Source of the DNA: a virus
Lineage: Duplodnaviria; Caudoviricetes
IMG/VR virus record: IMGVR_UViG_3300028048_003124
Direction: 5' to 3' (one strand)
DNA length: 64,000 nt
Positions within the stretch are counted from its first letter, which is position 1. Every line of letters starts with the position of its first letter. The notes beneath the pieces were generated by a model. That model was not told the origin of the DNA. It did not search any database and saw only the letters and a list, made by a program, of their open reading frames with translations. Position numbers and translations under genes: made by a program. Positions 38,652 through 48,977 of this stretch are shown in pieces.

Positions 38652-39506
38652 GTGAACATTTTGTATAGTAAGCACGTAGTAAGTAAGAATATAACAAAGA
38701 AGGGTATTACCTTAAACAATAGTGTTATATCTTTAGAGATGGACGGATTTAACAGAAAAGATAGAGATGTTTTTATCTCAGTACATAATCTTTTATTTAA
38801 TAAGAAGCTGTCTTTTAACACGCCAGCAATAAGTATAGAGTATAGTTTAACAGATGATAAAAGTACTTCAAATGAAAAAGACTTTATCTGTGGAGATACC
38901 AAAGTAGATAAAGGAGAGTACAGAAAGCTGTCCATACTAAGAGATGATGTAACGGTAGGAAACGTACTCCAGGGTATTGGAAAATACAAGGGTTATTATA
39001 ACCTTGTATTATCTGGTGACTATGATAGTCTTGGTCTTGTGGTCAGAGATGCTAAATATGGCGTACAGATCGATAGCTTTGGTGAGGTATTAAAAGCATC
39101 GGTTTTCTCGGAAGATACAAATACTGTCGGAGAGACAGTAGGAGATACGGTGTCAAATACTGTAGGTAAGGTTGCTGAGATTATATTTTTACCGTTCGGA
39201 ACAAAAGAAGTGGGTAAGTACTCAGCTTATGCTTTATACTATAATAACGATTATGTATCTTGTAAGACGATGTATCTACTGGTAGCTTTATTTGAGTTAT
39301 TACTGGCAGATAATAAACTTTATGCAAGGAAAGATTACAACAAGTGCATAAACTATGATTTTGTCGTAGCCCATTACGGATCTGAAGAGAAGTATAATCT
39401 GATTAACTGGGTAGCAACGGTGCGATCAGAAATACTTTCCAAAAGATATGAATGTGCCAGTAACTTTAAGAAACTGCTGATGAGGTTAAAGATTATAAAT
39501 AGATAA
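38652..39506 (+). CDS. Hypothetical protein, distant paralog of 39590..40402
   Basis: Shared YY......MY[LI]L and Y.F[VI]..HY motifs. Confidence 0.7.
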   Translation: MNILYSKHVVSKNITKKGITLNNSVISLEMDGFNRKDRDVFISVHNLLFNKKLSFNTPAISIEYSLTDDKSTSNEKDFICGDTKVDKGEYRKLSILRDDVTVGNVLQGIGKYKGYYNLVLSGDYDSLGLVVRDAKYGVQIDSFGEVLKASVFSEDTNTVGETVGDTVSNTVGKVAEIIFLPFGTKEVGKYSAYALYYNNDYVSCKTMYLLVALFELLLADNKLYARKDYNKCINYDFVVAHYGSEEKYNLINWVATVRSEILSKRYECASNFKKLLMRLKIINR

Positions 39507-39513
39507 TTATTTT

Positions 39514-39548
39514 AACGCCTATCTGTTTAGGAATGGTGGGCGTTTTTC
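39514..39548 (+). terminator. Probable terminator
   Basis: aacgcctatc...ggtgggcgtt followed by a T run. Confidence 0.55.
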
Positions 39549-39589
39549 TATGATTAAAATAAATTTACTTAGGTTATTTTAAACTATGA

Positions 39590-40402
39590 TTGGAGAGTTG
39601 TCAAATGACTGTTATGGGTACTGGTAAATACGTTATAGAGAAAACAATAAGAAGTACTGATGATATAAAAAAGGTTACTCTTAGGTTAATGAGGTCAGGA
39701 TCTGAGTGCAGTAATCTTACTGTAACTGTAAAAGGAGAACGCTTGGTGTTCTCATGCGTTCCTTTATTCACTCCTTTATTTGGTGCTGATAAGAGCAATG
39801 ATCCGCTCATTCTTGGTACTTTTTTCAAGAACCCTAAGAGGGTGTATTTCGATGAAATCCGTCAAAATTGGGGCGGAATAGTCGGGATGGATTACTACGA
39901 AGGAAAAAGCGTAGAAGAGTGGGTATATGTAAAAAGCGATAAGTCCTTTTTTGGCAGAGTCCTAAGAGGTACAAATGAGGATTGTGGTAAGTATAGTTTA
40001 CAGATATCTAATAGAAAGTTCCTATACGCTCAATTCTTTAAGAACAGACATGTTTCTGATTGCATTCTTGTAGATGGAAATTATCAAAGATGTGCAGAAA
40101 TGTGGGGAGTAACTGATAGTGGTAGAAGGACAACATACAATGAATGGGTTGTGTACTATCCTATTGGTGGCATCTATGGGGTTACAGATATGATGTATAT
40201 CTTAGCCTTTAAAGAGGGTATGAATTTACTTAAAAAGATGTATGCATCTTCTTATATGCCAAAGGGTATTAAGGTAAGAGAGGAGTATACAACTATTGAT
40301 GATTACGCTTTTATTAAAAATCATTATGATATGAGTGATATTGATAAATTGCAGACCATACTAAAAAGTATGCTTAAATCTTACAGGGATAGCATGAGAT
40401 AA
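39590..40402 (+). CDS. Hypothetical protein
   Basis: ~265 aa ORF; start probably ATG 39605. Confidence 0.7.
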   Translation: MESCQMTVMGTGKYVIEKTIRSTDDIKKVTLRLMRSGSECSNLTVTVKGERLVFSCVPLFTPLFGADKSNDPLILGTFFKNPKRVYFDEIRQNWGGIVGMDYYEGKSVEEWVYVKSDKSFFGRVLRGTNEDCGKYSLQISNRKFLYAQFFKNRHVSDCILVDGNYQRCAEMWGVTDSGRRTTYNEWVVYYPIGGIYGVTDMMYILAFKEGMNLLKKMYASSYMPKGIKVREEYTTIDDYAFIKNHYDMSDIDKLQTILKSMLKSYRDSMR

Positions 40403-40416
40403 GGAGGTAGAATACT

Positions 40417-40887
40417 ATGAATGTGATGGAGTCAGAGCGCAGGTTGGTTAAGAGCCTACGGAAGCTTGATAGTGCTTTGGTATCTTGCAGTAATAGAGGT
40501 AGTGATACCTATTTTGTAAATGCGTTTATATCTGAGAGTGTTGAACATTCAGGCGATGAGGTAGCTTGTAGGTTCTTACTAAAGGTAGGAGGAAGCAACC
40601 AATGGGTATACACTGGGTATAAGTTGGTTGGTAACAAGTTTATCTTAAACTCAATAAGTGGTTTACAGGCACTAAAAAGTGCTTTTGAAGATGTTGTCAA
40701 TGAAGCCATAAATTATGTAGATGATCTTGGGAAGAGTATAGACTTTATTGAGTTTACTCTGGTAGGGAAAGATGATTTAGTTGGTAGAGGAATAAAGATT
40801 ATACACAAGGGTATTTCCGAAAACCAGCTATCTTTCTTTATTTCGTATGGGGATGTGAAAAACAGAAACAGGGCGAGAGACTTTTAA
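40417..40887 (+). CDS. Hypothetical protein
   Basis: AGGAGG RBS, 156 aa. Confidence 0.7.
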   Translation: MNVMESERRLVKSLRKLDSALVSCSNRGSDTYFVNAFISESVEHSGDEVACRFLLKVGGSNQWVYTGYKLVGNKFILNSISGLQALKSAFEDVVNEAINYVDDLGKSIDFIEFTLVGKDDLVGRGIKIIHKGISENQLSFFISYGDVKNRNRARDF

Positions 40888-40905
40888 GAAAGGTAAGGAA
40901 GGTAT

Positions 40906-41496
40906 ATGGATACAGTTTTAAGGTTATTAAATGAGTTTAGTCCTATGCTAAACTCATTTATTAATGATATTGAAAAAGAGCTAGTAATTCCAACAAATAG
41001 AAAGATATTTAGCATATCTGATATTGTTGTGGATGCAAAAAATAACGGTGATATTTTTATCGAGTTATATTTCAGAAGTAATGTAAAACCATATTCTGTA
41101 CAGTTAAATGCTGTGAGATTGGTGTACAAAGGTTTTGGTACTGAGAAGCCTTATATAGACGCTGGAAATATACAAGTAAAGGGTATGCTAAGCTCTGCTG
41201 ACATGGTCAACAAAATGCGTTATCTTGTAAGAGAGCGTAAAATTAGCGCAAATGGGTTAGCACAAAACTACCTAAATTATATGGGAGTTTACTTAGAAGA
41301 GTTAGGAATTCTTGCCAAAAGCATGGAGTTTGTTAACTTGTTGGTAGATATTCTTGAAAAGGTTGGAGTTTATGATATTTGCAAGTTATGGATTTCTCGA
41401 GTTAGCGGCGAAGAGAAACATATAGTTGGGTATCAAAACAAATCAATACCTTTTAAAGAGGGTATCAAGAATGCAATCGTGCTAGAAGTAAGATAA
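40906..41496 (+). CDS. Hypothetical protein
   Basis: 196 aa with RBS. Confidence 0.7.
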   Translation: MDTVLRLLNEFSPMLNSFINDIEKELVIPTNRKIFSISDIVVDAKNNGDIFIELYFRSNVKPYSVQLNAVRLVYKGFGTEKPYIDAGNIQVKGMLSSADMVNKMRYLVRERKISANGLAQNYLNYMGVYLEELGILAKSMEFVNLLVDILEKVGVYDICKLWISRVSGEEKHIVGYQNKSIPFKEGIKNAIVLEVR

Positions 41497-41511
41497 TTCG
41501 GGGGATAGGCT

Positions 41512-42696
41512 ATGAGAGTATATCATCTATACCAATCACGTTATACATCTTCTTTGAAAAATTCATCGGGTATTGATGTGTTAAGCAAGGCAGATGTGGT
41601 AGATTGTTTAGGGGAGAAAGCATATAGTGTATTTTCAGAAATGTTAGATATAAACCATGTTGTATCTATTGGCTACAATAGTGTCATATCGACACCAATA
41701 AAAGGTGAGGGTATCACTCTAAATTGGCTAGGAAAAAGAGTTGGTGGTAATACTTTATACATAGACATGGTTAAAGATGGTTTTGAAAAAGAACTATGTA
41801 ACGATATTGAGGGCAGGCTTCTATTTTTCAGAGATGTAGATATGCTTAGTAGTATTCACGGTTTTTACTATCGTTCAGAAGCAATCAATGGTATACTTAG
41901 TGATGCAGTTGTTGGTCTAAATGGTATACCAGCTAGCAGAGGTTATAACGGCAAGATAGCCACAAAAGTGTTAAGGTCTTTATATAGAAAAGCTCCAGAT
42001 GTTGAAAACATAAGGTATTGTAGCATATATGATATGCGTCCATTAGGAACTAAAGGTAAGTGTGTTTTCTTCATGGCTTTAAGACCTGCTAGTGGTGGTC
42101 TTGAGTTTGCAATCATTGCATTTTGTGATGAGAATGAAATGAGTTGGTTTGAGCATGATGATGCCTATGTACTTGCAGTTAGAAAAGAGTATGAGAAATC
42201 TAACTATGAATGTAGTAGATGGCACGGTGGTGGCTCAGTAGGTAAGGTTAAAGATGGTATAAACCTAGACGATAAGAAGAATAGTTATATCATACAGAAA
42301 TTTGATGGTATGCCTACAAAATACTGTATAAGAATTGTTGAGGATTCTTATTGGGTAAGCCTAAGGGTTCAAGGTCAAACAGATTTTAGAATACAAAAAG
42401 CGGTAATATATGATATATGCAATAAACTTGGTGGTAAGTTATCAGAAGATATTGCATACTTTTTGTCAAAGTATGGCTCAAGAGACAATGAAGTGGATTT
42501 TTGTATTTTAGAAGATGAGTACAAGAAAGATGTACAGGCTCAAAAAGCTATAGACTTCCTATTGGGTATGCAGAACAGTCTTTTCTTCATCATGGTCAGA
42601 GAAGAGATAAGATGTGGTGAAAAAGTGAGGATTTATAGCCTTAACATGGCTGATACTTTCTTATATCCAGGTAGGAATACTGGTTCTGTGTTATAA
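41512..42696 (+). CDS. Hypothetical protein
   Basis: 394 aa with RBS. Confidence 0.7.
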   Translation: MRVYHLYQSRYTSSLKNSSGIDVLSKADVVDCLGEKAYSVFSEMLDINHVVSIGYNSVISTPIKGEGITLNWLGKRVGGNTLYIDMVKDGFEKELCNDIEGRLLFFRDVDMLSSIHGFYYRSEAINGILSDAVVGLNGIPASRGYNGKIATKVLRSLYRKAPDVENIRYCSIYDMRPLGTKGKCVFFMALRPASGGLEFAIIAFCDENEMSWFEHDDAYVLAVRKEYEKSNYECSRWHGGGSVGKVKDGINLDDKKNSYIIQKFDGMPTKYCIRIVEDSYWVSLRVQGQTDFRIQKAVIYDICNKLGGKLSEDIAYFLSKYGSRDNEVDFCILEDEYKKDVQAQKAIDFLLGMQNSLFFIMVREEIRCGEKVRIYSLNMADTFLYPGRNTGSVL

Positions 42697-42802
42697 TTAA
42701 ATACATCATCTAATGTTGATGCTTGCACGAACATTAGAAGTCTTGCAACCTCTGTATAGAGTACATTATTTTAAGTGTATTATTATACGGAGGTTTTTTA
42801 TT

Positions 42803-43615
42803 ATGTTAATAACAGAAGAAAATTTTGATAGGCTTTGTATCATATCCAACAATGGAGAGAAGTGGGTAATAACTAAATGGTATGGTGACGGGAGATTTAA
42901 GATAGAGCAAGGAGCAGCAACAGAAGAGAGAAAAGTGATAGATAATGTAGATGAGAAGGAGTTAGAGGTACTATTTAGAGGTAGTAGGATAGTTGAGATA
43001 GAGGGGAATGAAGAAAAAGGGAATAAGTTTATAAATAGAATAGGAGAGAGAAGTAGAAACTCGGAAGGTTTCCTAATGGAAATAACTGGGTATAGAAACG
43101 CAAATGATGTAGATGTGTTGTTTGTAGGATGTGATTTTGAGATTACTGGTACAAGATACAGTGGTTTTAAAGATGGGACACTATCCAACCCAATTTATAA
43201 GGTGGTGAGATGGACTTTAAGCCTGTTAATAGAGATGATACTAAATGAGAAGAAGGTCTGGGAAAACATTAAGGAATTAAAAGCCTATCGAGGAGAAATA
43301 GTGGCTGATTACTCTAAGAGCGATGAATATGCTGTAGACATAGATAAGATGGCAAGATTAACGAGATTGTTAGAAGAGTTTAACAGTGGTGAGGAAGGTG
43401 GTGATTGGTGTAAAATTTACCTGACTGATTTATGTGAACCAGACCTCTTGGGTATAATCAGAGATATAGAAACATATCTAAAGAAAGTCTATGGGTATTT
43501 CCATCTTGGAAGCGAAGCTGTAGTTGGTAAAGAGTTAGAAGATATAATAGAACAGACAAAGTTAAGCCTACGCAAGAAGGCTAGAAATGTAAAGAATGTC
43601 AAGGTTTATGACTAA
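42803..43615 (+). CDS. Protein carrying one copy of the ~55 aa RxGE repeat
   Basis: GGAGG RBS before ATG 42803. NRIGERSRNSEGFLMEITGYRNANDVDVLF...YSGFKDG. Confidence 0.75.
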   Translation: MLITEENFDRLCIISNNGEKWVITKWYGDGRFKIEQGAATEERKVIDNVDEKELEVLFRGSRIVEIEGNEEKGNKFINRIGERSRNSEGFLMEITGYRNANDVDVLFVGCDFEITGTRYSGFKDGTLSNPIYKVVRWTLSLLIEMILNEKKVWENIKELKAYRGEIVADYSKSDEYAVDIDKMARLTRLLEEFNSGEEGGDWCKIYLTDLCEPDLLGIIRDIETYLKKVYGYFHLGSEAVVGKELEDIIEQTKLSLRKKARNVKNVKVYD

Positions 43616-43635
43616 TACAAAGGAGGATAGTAATA

Positions 43636-43803
43636 ATGAAAGGTGTATTTAACTGCCCAGAGTATGCATACCATAGAAATTATGTTGTAGCAAGTGTGGT
43701 AAACCATGAACTATGGTTTTATGGAGCATGGGACGATAGGCAGTCTGCATATCAGGCAGCGGCTGAAATAAACGGTGTAGTGTTACCCAATAAAAAACTG
43801 TAG
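43636..43803 (+). CDS. Small phage protein (55 aa, not in ORF track)
   Basis: AGGAGG RBS. MKGVFNCPEYAY..YVVA..ELWFYGAWD..AYQAAAEING. Confidence 0.7.
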   Translation: MKGVFNCPEYAYHRNYVVASVVNHELWFYGAWDDRQSAYQAAAEINGVVLPNKKL

Positions 43804-43824
43804 TATAGTAGAGGGTTGTATAAA

Positions 43825-43926
43825 ATGAGTATGTTTACAGATGTCAAAGATAAAAACTTAACTGTAGCAGAGTTGAGAGATCATGAATCATTACCAAATA
43901 CATATATTATTCTACTAATAATGTAA
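43825..43926 (+). pseudogene. Truncated family C gene
   Basis: LTVAELRDHESLPNTYII matches the family C N-terminal motif; stops after 33 aa. Confidence 0.45.
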
Positions 43927-44095
43927 TAACGATGTACTTTCGAAAAGGAAGTAAGAAAAAGGACTGGTCTAATGGTAAGTATCTCGGCTCCGAAGGGTCT
44001 AAGATAGGGGTAACTGGTCTTTTGTGGAAGTTTGGTGCAATGTTAAGAGCACGAGTAGGGGTAGATTAATAGGAATTAAATATTGTTTATATGTG

Positions 44096-44150
44096 GCAAG
44101 GTGTTTTAGAGTAAAATGTTATTATTCTAGAATACCTTGCAATTTTTTTT
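44096..44150 (+). terminator. Terminator overlapping the cassette A promoter
   Basis: gcaaggtgttttagagtaa / ttattctagaataccttgc stem (with G-T pairs) followed by T8. Confidence 0.65.
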
Positions 44151-44165
44151 AAAATATGTTAATAT
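44137..44165 (+). promoter_or_regulatory. Promoter of helicase cassette A
   Basis: TTGCAA-17bp-TAATAT. Leader ataagtagtt.aaaa.ttggaggtt is shared with 49173-49232. Confidence 0.7.
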
Positions 44166-44194
44166 ATAAGTAGTTTAAAACTTGGAGGTTATTT

Positions 44195-45856
44195 ATGTCT
44201 TTATTAGTTGATAGAAGGCGTGAGGAGACGTACGCAGAGGCTAAAAATATTGTAATGGAGAAAGGCAAGGTATTAATAATAAGACCGACTGGTTTCGGGA
44301 AGACGGGCATACTCACTCACTTTATAAGAGATTATACAAAGGGCTTGACAAAGAAAGATGGGTGTCAGGTTATGTATATCTTTCCTACTCAGGTAATAAA
44401 AGATGCTGTACTTAAATTTTATTACCAAGAGGAAGGTCACGAGGGTATTCCTAACGTGACATTCGTTTCCTATGCAGGATTGGGTACTATGACAAGAGAA
44501 AAACTAAATAAGTATTTTAAGAATGTGAAGCTCATATTAGCAGATGAAGCCCATCTACTTGCTGGAGATAAGAGAAGTATCGGTATTAAAAAGGTGTTAA
44601 ATTTTCTACCTAATGCTCATTTTGTAGGAGCGACAGCTACTCCAGATAGGCTTGATGGTAGAGACATTCTTGGCGACTATTTTGATTACAATAGGGTGAG
44701 TTACTACACTTTACACGACGCAATACAGGAAGGGGTAATTCAAAAGCCAGTATATGTCTGGGCTTCGTACACGCAAGCAGATAAAGATACAGAATTAAGC
44801 AAGGAATACTACGAAGGGTATAAACATCTTAATGTAGAAGAGCGTAAAGAGCTTGATAATTTACTAAGAAGTAAAGTAATTGAGATTTCAAGATTGCAAA
44901 GGTTGGACGTAATAATTAAAGATGTGCTTGAAAAGTACGCCAGAAATACAACGTATATAAGAGGTATATTGTTCTTCACTAGCTTCTCAGATCTACACGA
45001 TAAAGGGGATGAAGTGGTAAGTTGGTTTAAGAAGGCATACCCAAATTATAGGGTTAATGTAACAATAGTTTCATCTGAGAAAAAAGAGTACAGGGATAAT
45101 GCAAAGAAAGTAACATTTATGAAGAGACGTAAAAATGTTATAGATTTGATATTTTCTGTAAATATGATGAACTTAGGGTATCATGTACCAGATTTAACAT
45201 TTGTTGGAATGCTCAGGGGTACTGTAAGTGATATTATATATGCTCAACAGTTAGGAAGAGTATTAAACTCTGGAACAACTGTGTCAGGTATTGTTTTTGA
45301 TTTTGTGGATAATCTTTTTAGAAAATCTGCCTTTGATGTACTTCAGAAACTAAAAGATCCAACAATAAAAGCTAAAGAGAGATTAAATGAGCTGTCGGAT
45401 AAGGTAATTGAAGCAGGTGGCAGGGTGCCAAATAATATAAAAGGTTTGTCAGAAGATGAAGAGGATGAAGTAATAGCTCTGTGGCATAGATTTAATGATC
45501 ATATTGGAAAAGGACCGTATGTTTCTGTTAATCAGTTATTACCTCAAGACTTAATAGCCACTGGGTATGAGGCAACATTTAGGGAATTGGTTGCAAAGAC
45601 TGTTGGAGAACCTTTACAGCACAGGTGCCACTGGGCATGGGCAAGATGGGTAGATGCAGGTGGTAAAACTGGTGATGGTACAATAGATTACTTTTTCGGC
45701 AATGCTTTTCCGCAAAATATGCCACCGTTAGGACCTTATTGTTGGATATATGATGTTAAGATCGAGGATGTGCTAAAGGCAATATATGATCCAGATAGAG
45801 ATATACATAAAGAGGTTGAGGAGTATATTAAGGTGTGTAATGCAAATAAGAAGTAG
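44195..45856 (+). CDS. SF2 DExH helicase (ResIII/Irc3-like), cassette A
   Basis: PTGFGKT, DEAH, GATATPDRLDG, VNMMNLGYHV, QQLGR. Unrecognised C-terminal domain AFPQNMPPLGPYC. Confidence 0.9.
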   Translation: MSLLVDRRREETYAEAKNIVMEKGKVLIIRPTGFGKTGILTHFIRDYTKGLTKKDGCQVMYIFPTQVIKDAVLKFYYQEEGHEGIPNVTFVSYAGLGTMTREKLNKYFKNVKLILADEAHLLAGDKRSIGIKKVLNFLPNAHFVGATATPDRLDGRDILGDYFDYNRVSYYTLHDAIQEGVIQKPVYVWASYTQADKDTELSKEYYEGYKHLNVEERKELDNLLRSKVIEISRLQRLDVIIKDVLEKYARNTTYIRGILFFTSFSDLHDKGDEVVSWFKKAYPNYRVNVTIVSSEKKEYRDNAKKVTFMKRRKNVIDLIFSVNMMNLGYHVPDLTFVGMLRGTVSDIIYAQQLGRVLNSGTTVSGIVFDFVDNLFRKSAFDVLQKLKDPTIKAKERLNELSDKVIEAGGRVPNNIKGLSEDEEDEVIALWHRFNDHIGKGPYVSVNQLLPQDLIATGYEATFRELVAKTVGEPLQHRCHWAWARWVDAGGKTGDGTIDYFFGNAFPQNMPPLGPYCWIYDVKIEDVLKAIYDPDRDIHKEVEEYIKVCNANKK

Positions 45857-45865
45857 GAGGCTTAA

Positions 45866-46933
45866 ATGTCTACATTAAAAAATAGAGTAGGTGAACGTCG
45901 CCAGATGAGTAATGGCGAGTGGGCAACTATAACTTGCTACAATGGTTGTAAGGATTGTACAGTGGTTTTTGATGATGGTACTGTAAGAGAGCATATGTCG
46001 TATGATAGCTTTAAAAATGGTGTAATCTCGAAAAATGGGAAGTCAGGTAATTTTATCGACAGAACTGGTGAGAGAAAGCAGATGAGTAACGGGGAGTGGG
46101 TAACTGTTATTCGTTATGGTGGATGGGGGGATTGTGATTTTCGGTTTGACAATGGTGTTGTGAAACATGGTAAAAAGTATAGGGGTTTTTCAGATGGTAC
46201 TCTGTCAAGTCTTTCTAGGGAGGGGCAAACAAGTCAAGAGTGTAAGGAAAAATACATAGGAACAAAATGGAAGCAGAAGTGTGGTAAGACGGCAGAGATT
46301 ATAGATTATTTTGATTGGAATAATTGTACAGTAAGGTTTGATGATGGAACATTAAAAACAGGTGTTAAGGTAGGAAGACTAAAAGAAGGAAAAGTAGGGT
46401 ATGGAAGTAAACGTAAATTAAGAACTAGTGATATGTTGATGGGTTCCTCGAAGAGAATGAATTGTGGACTGACTGCTCAGATAGTGGGATTCACTAAATC
46501 TAAGAGCGGGGTAAAGAAATGCGTGTTACAGTTCGAGAATGGAGAGAGGACATCTGTTACTATGCCTAGCTATGATGCTGGAACTGTGCTTCCACCAAGT
46601 ATGAAGCCGTCATCTAAAGTAGGGAAAGTTTTTGTAGCAGATAACGGGTTTAAGGTAAGGGTGGTGTCTTGGGCAGGTAATGGTAAGTATCTATTTGAAT
46701 TCCAAGATGGTAAGAGAAATACAGGAGAGCTAAAGTGTAATTTAGCTCATGTAGCCCGTCCAATAGAGGTTGGAACTTATAGATACACTTTATACAATTA
46801 CAGGTATAATAAGTATTATGCGTATGATTTGGGTGATAAGAGGTATTTTAAATGTGAAGATAAAAACGGTGTTCGAGATGTACTAACTCTTGAAGAGATG
46901 ATGGTTAAGTCAGGGATAAAGTTGCTATTTTAA
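45866..46933 (+). CDS. Tandem-repeat protein (5 RxGE repeats + conserved C-terminal domain)
   Basis: Repeats such as RVGERRQMSNGEWATITCY....DCTVVFDDG....YDSFKNG; ends SGIKLLF. Confidence 0.85.
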   Translation: MSTLKNRVGERRQMSNGEWATITCYNGCKDCTVVFDDGTVREHMSYDSFKNGVISKNGKSGNFIDRTGERKQMSNGEWVTVIRYGGWGDCDFRFDNGVVKHGKKYRGFSDGTLSSLSREGQTSQECKEKYIGTKWKQKCGKTAEIIDYFDWNNCTVRFDDGTLKTGVKVGRLKEGKVGYGSKRKLRTSDMLMGSSKRMNCGLTAQIVGFTKSKSGVKKCVLQFENGERTSVTMPSYDAGTVLPPSMKPSSKVGKVFVADNGFKVRVVSWAGNGKYLFEFQDGKRNTGELKCNLAHVARPIEVGTYRYTLYNYRYNKYYAYDLGDKRYFKCEDKNGVRDVLTLEEMMVKSGIKLLF

Positions 46934-46941
46934 AAGTAGGG

Positions 46942-47004
46942 GTGAGTGATATAATGACTCTACAAGAAATGGTAGTAGTTTCAGGCAGAAAGTTGGTGTT
47001 TTGA
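46942..47004 (+). pseudogene. Orphan copy of the repeat-protein C-terminal tail (20 codons)
   Basis: VSDIMTLQEMVVVSGRKLVF*, with TGA overlapping the ATG of the next gene. Confidence 0.7.
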
Positions 47005-47681
47005 TGCCAAAGTTTGTAAATAGGACGGGCGAGACAAGATTGATGAATTGTGGACTGCGGGCTGAGATAGTAGAATATAGGTCATCATCTGATATAGATA
47101 TAGTATTTGAAACAGGAGAGAGGGTAAATAGCAGGAATTATAGTGCCTTTAAAGATGGGCACATTCTTCCAAAAACAGGACCAAACAAACACCGTTTAGG
47201 GGAAAAAAGGATGATGAGCTGTGGCTTAAGTGCGGAGATTATAAGGTATGGCGGTTGTTTTGATATTGATGTACGTTTTGAGAATGGGGTTGTTGTAGAA
47301 AATATTAGGTACAGTAAGTTTAAAACGGGAGATGTAGGTCACTCAATAGTGGTTGTTAACGGTAGGTTAGGTGAAATAAGAATGATGTATAATGGCTTAA
47401 GGGCAAAGATAGTTAAGTATAATACATCAAAAAATTATACTATTCGTTTCGAAGATGGTATTGAGGTTGTTTGTTCTGATTACAGGAATTTTTTAACAGG
47501 AAAGTGTAGGCACCCGCATTTCTCAACTGGCAATGTTTCAAGAAACTTCTACGGATATAAAGTGCGAAGGTGTTATGTATTAAGGGATAAGGTGTACTAT
47601 TTTTGTGAAAAGGGTGGGACAAGAGATATAATGACCCTACAAGAAATAGTAAAATCTATGGGTAGAGAATTGGTGTTTTAG
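47004..47681 (+). CDS. Tandem-repeat protein (3 repeats + C-terminal domain)
   Basis: RTGETRLMNCGLRAEIVEY....DIDIVFETG type x3; ends MGRELVF. Confidence 0.85.
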   Translation: MPKFVNRTGETRLMNCGLRAEIVEYRSSSDIDIVFETGERVNSRNYSAFKDGHILPKTGPNKHRLGEKRMMSCGLSAEIIRYGGCFDIDVRFENGVVVENIRYSKFKTGDVGHSIVVVNGRLGEIRMMYNGLRAKIVKYNTSKNYTIRFEDGIEVVCSDYRNFLTGKCRHPHFSTGNVSRNFYGYKVRRCYVLRDKVYYFCEKGGTRDIMTLQEIVKSMGRELVF

Positions 47682-48878
47682 ATGAGAAATAAATTTGATA
47701 GATTGGGAGAAACTAAAGTAATGCTTTGTGGTCTAAAAGCCACAATTATTCGCTATGGGGGTTATAATGATGTAGATATTCGTTTTGAGGATAACTCTAT
47801 AGTAAAAAACATTTACTATAAGCGTTTTTCAAATGGAACGGCAAAACCATTAAGATTAAGACATAAAAAGCCAGTAAATGATAGGACTGGTGAGGAAAAA
47901 GTGATGTCGTGTGGGTTAAAGGCTAAGATAATTGCTTACAGGAACTGTTGTGATATGGATGTGATATTTGAAGACGGTCAAATCAGAAAAGGAGTAAAGT
48001 ATAGTTCTTTTAGACATGGTTACATAGCTCCAGAGATTGACCCTAGGGTAGTGGTGGAGCAACAAAGTAGACTTGGTATGGAGCGTAAAATGAATTGTGG
48101 TTTGGTTGCGAAAATCATAGCCTACAGAAGTTCTGCTGATATAGATGTACAGTTTCCAGATGGAAGTATAAATAAGAATAAGCTATATTCCAGTTTTCTT
48201 AAAGGGGAGATAGCTCCCAAAAAGTGTAATCGTGTCGGAGAAAAGAGAATAATGAATTGTGGGTTAGAAGGTGAGATAATTCGTTATGGTACAGCTGAGG
48301 ATATAGATGTACGTTTTCCAAATGGCAGTGTAGCTAAAGGAAAAACATATGGTTCCTTTTCAAAAGGTAGTATAAAACCCCCAATAAACCCATATGTGGG
48401 TGAGAGACGTATGATGAATTGTGGTCTGGAGTGTGAGATAGTTCGTTATGTGGGTTGTAGAAATATAGACGTTAGATTTTCAAACGGTGTTGTAGTAAAC
48501 AGTAATCTTGCAAAGTTTAAGAATGGTAAGATAACGCCAGATTATGCAGAAATAACACATAGAGAGGGTTTAATCGTACAAACAAACTGCGGTTTAAGGG
48601 TAAAAATCGTAAGGTACAGTAGTAGTGCAGACATAGATATCTGTTTTGAGGATGGTGCAGTTATAAACAATACTAGATATGATGGAATATCCAAGGGTTC
48701 TGTGCTACATCCGAGCATGCTTGGAGGTTTATATTCAAGAGATTTCCATGGGTATAAGATTAAGTTTGCATATAAGTTAGGGGATTTAGTTTACTATTTC
48801 TGTGAAAAAAGTGGAGAAAGAAGTATAATGACCCTACAAGAGATGGTAATAGCTTCAGGTGGAAAACTTGTCTTTTAG
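47682..48878 (+). CDS. Tandem-repeat protein (6 repeats + C-terminal domain)
   Basis: RxGE..MNCGL...I.RY....DIDVRF.DG type x6; ends SGGKLVF. Confidence 0.85.
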   Translation: MRNKFDRLGETKVMLCGLKATIIRYGGYNDVDIRFEDNSIVKNIYYKRFSNGTAKPLRLRHKKPVNDRTGEEKVMSCGLKAKIIAYRNCCDMDVIFEDGQIRKGVKYSSFRHGYIAPEIDPRVVVEQQSRLGMERKMNCGLVAKIIAYRSSADIDVQFPDGSINKNKLYSSFLKGEIAPKKCNRVGEKRIMNCGLEGEIIRYGTAEDIDVRFPNGSVAKGKTYGSFSKGSIKPPINPYVGERRMMNCGLECEIVRYVGCRNIDVRFSNGVVVNSNLAKFKNGKITPDYAEITHREGLIVQTNCGLRVKIVRYSSSADIDICFEDGAVINNTRYDGISKGSVLHPSMLGGLYSRDFHGYKIKFAYKLGDLVYYFCEKSGERSIMTLQEMVIASGGKLVF

Positions 48879-48942
48879 AGTGGGTTTAAAAGATGAGAAA
48901 GTGCCGAATGTAAGAGTATCTGCAATAATTACCAATGATGGT

Positions 48943-48977
48943 CTTGCACTTCTTGTCCATATATGGTAAGATATATT
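48943..48977 (+). repeat. 35-bp exact direct repeat, copy 1; a sigmaA-like promoter
   Basis: cttgcacttcttgtccatatatggtaagatatatt, identical to 53930..53964. TTGCAC-17-TAAGAT. Confidence 0.85.

Noticed and set aside
43955-44030. tRNA-like look (ggtctaatggtaag resembles a D-arm)
   Set aside because: No TpsiC (GTTCRA) arm and no proper cloverleaf; kept only as a possible hairpin.
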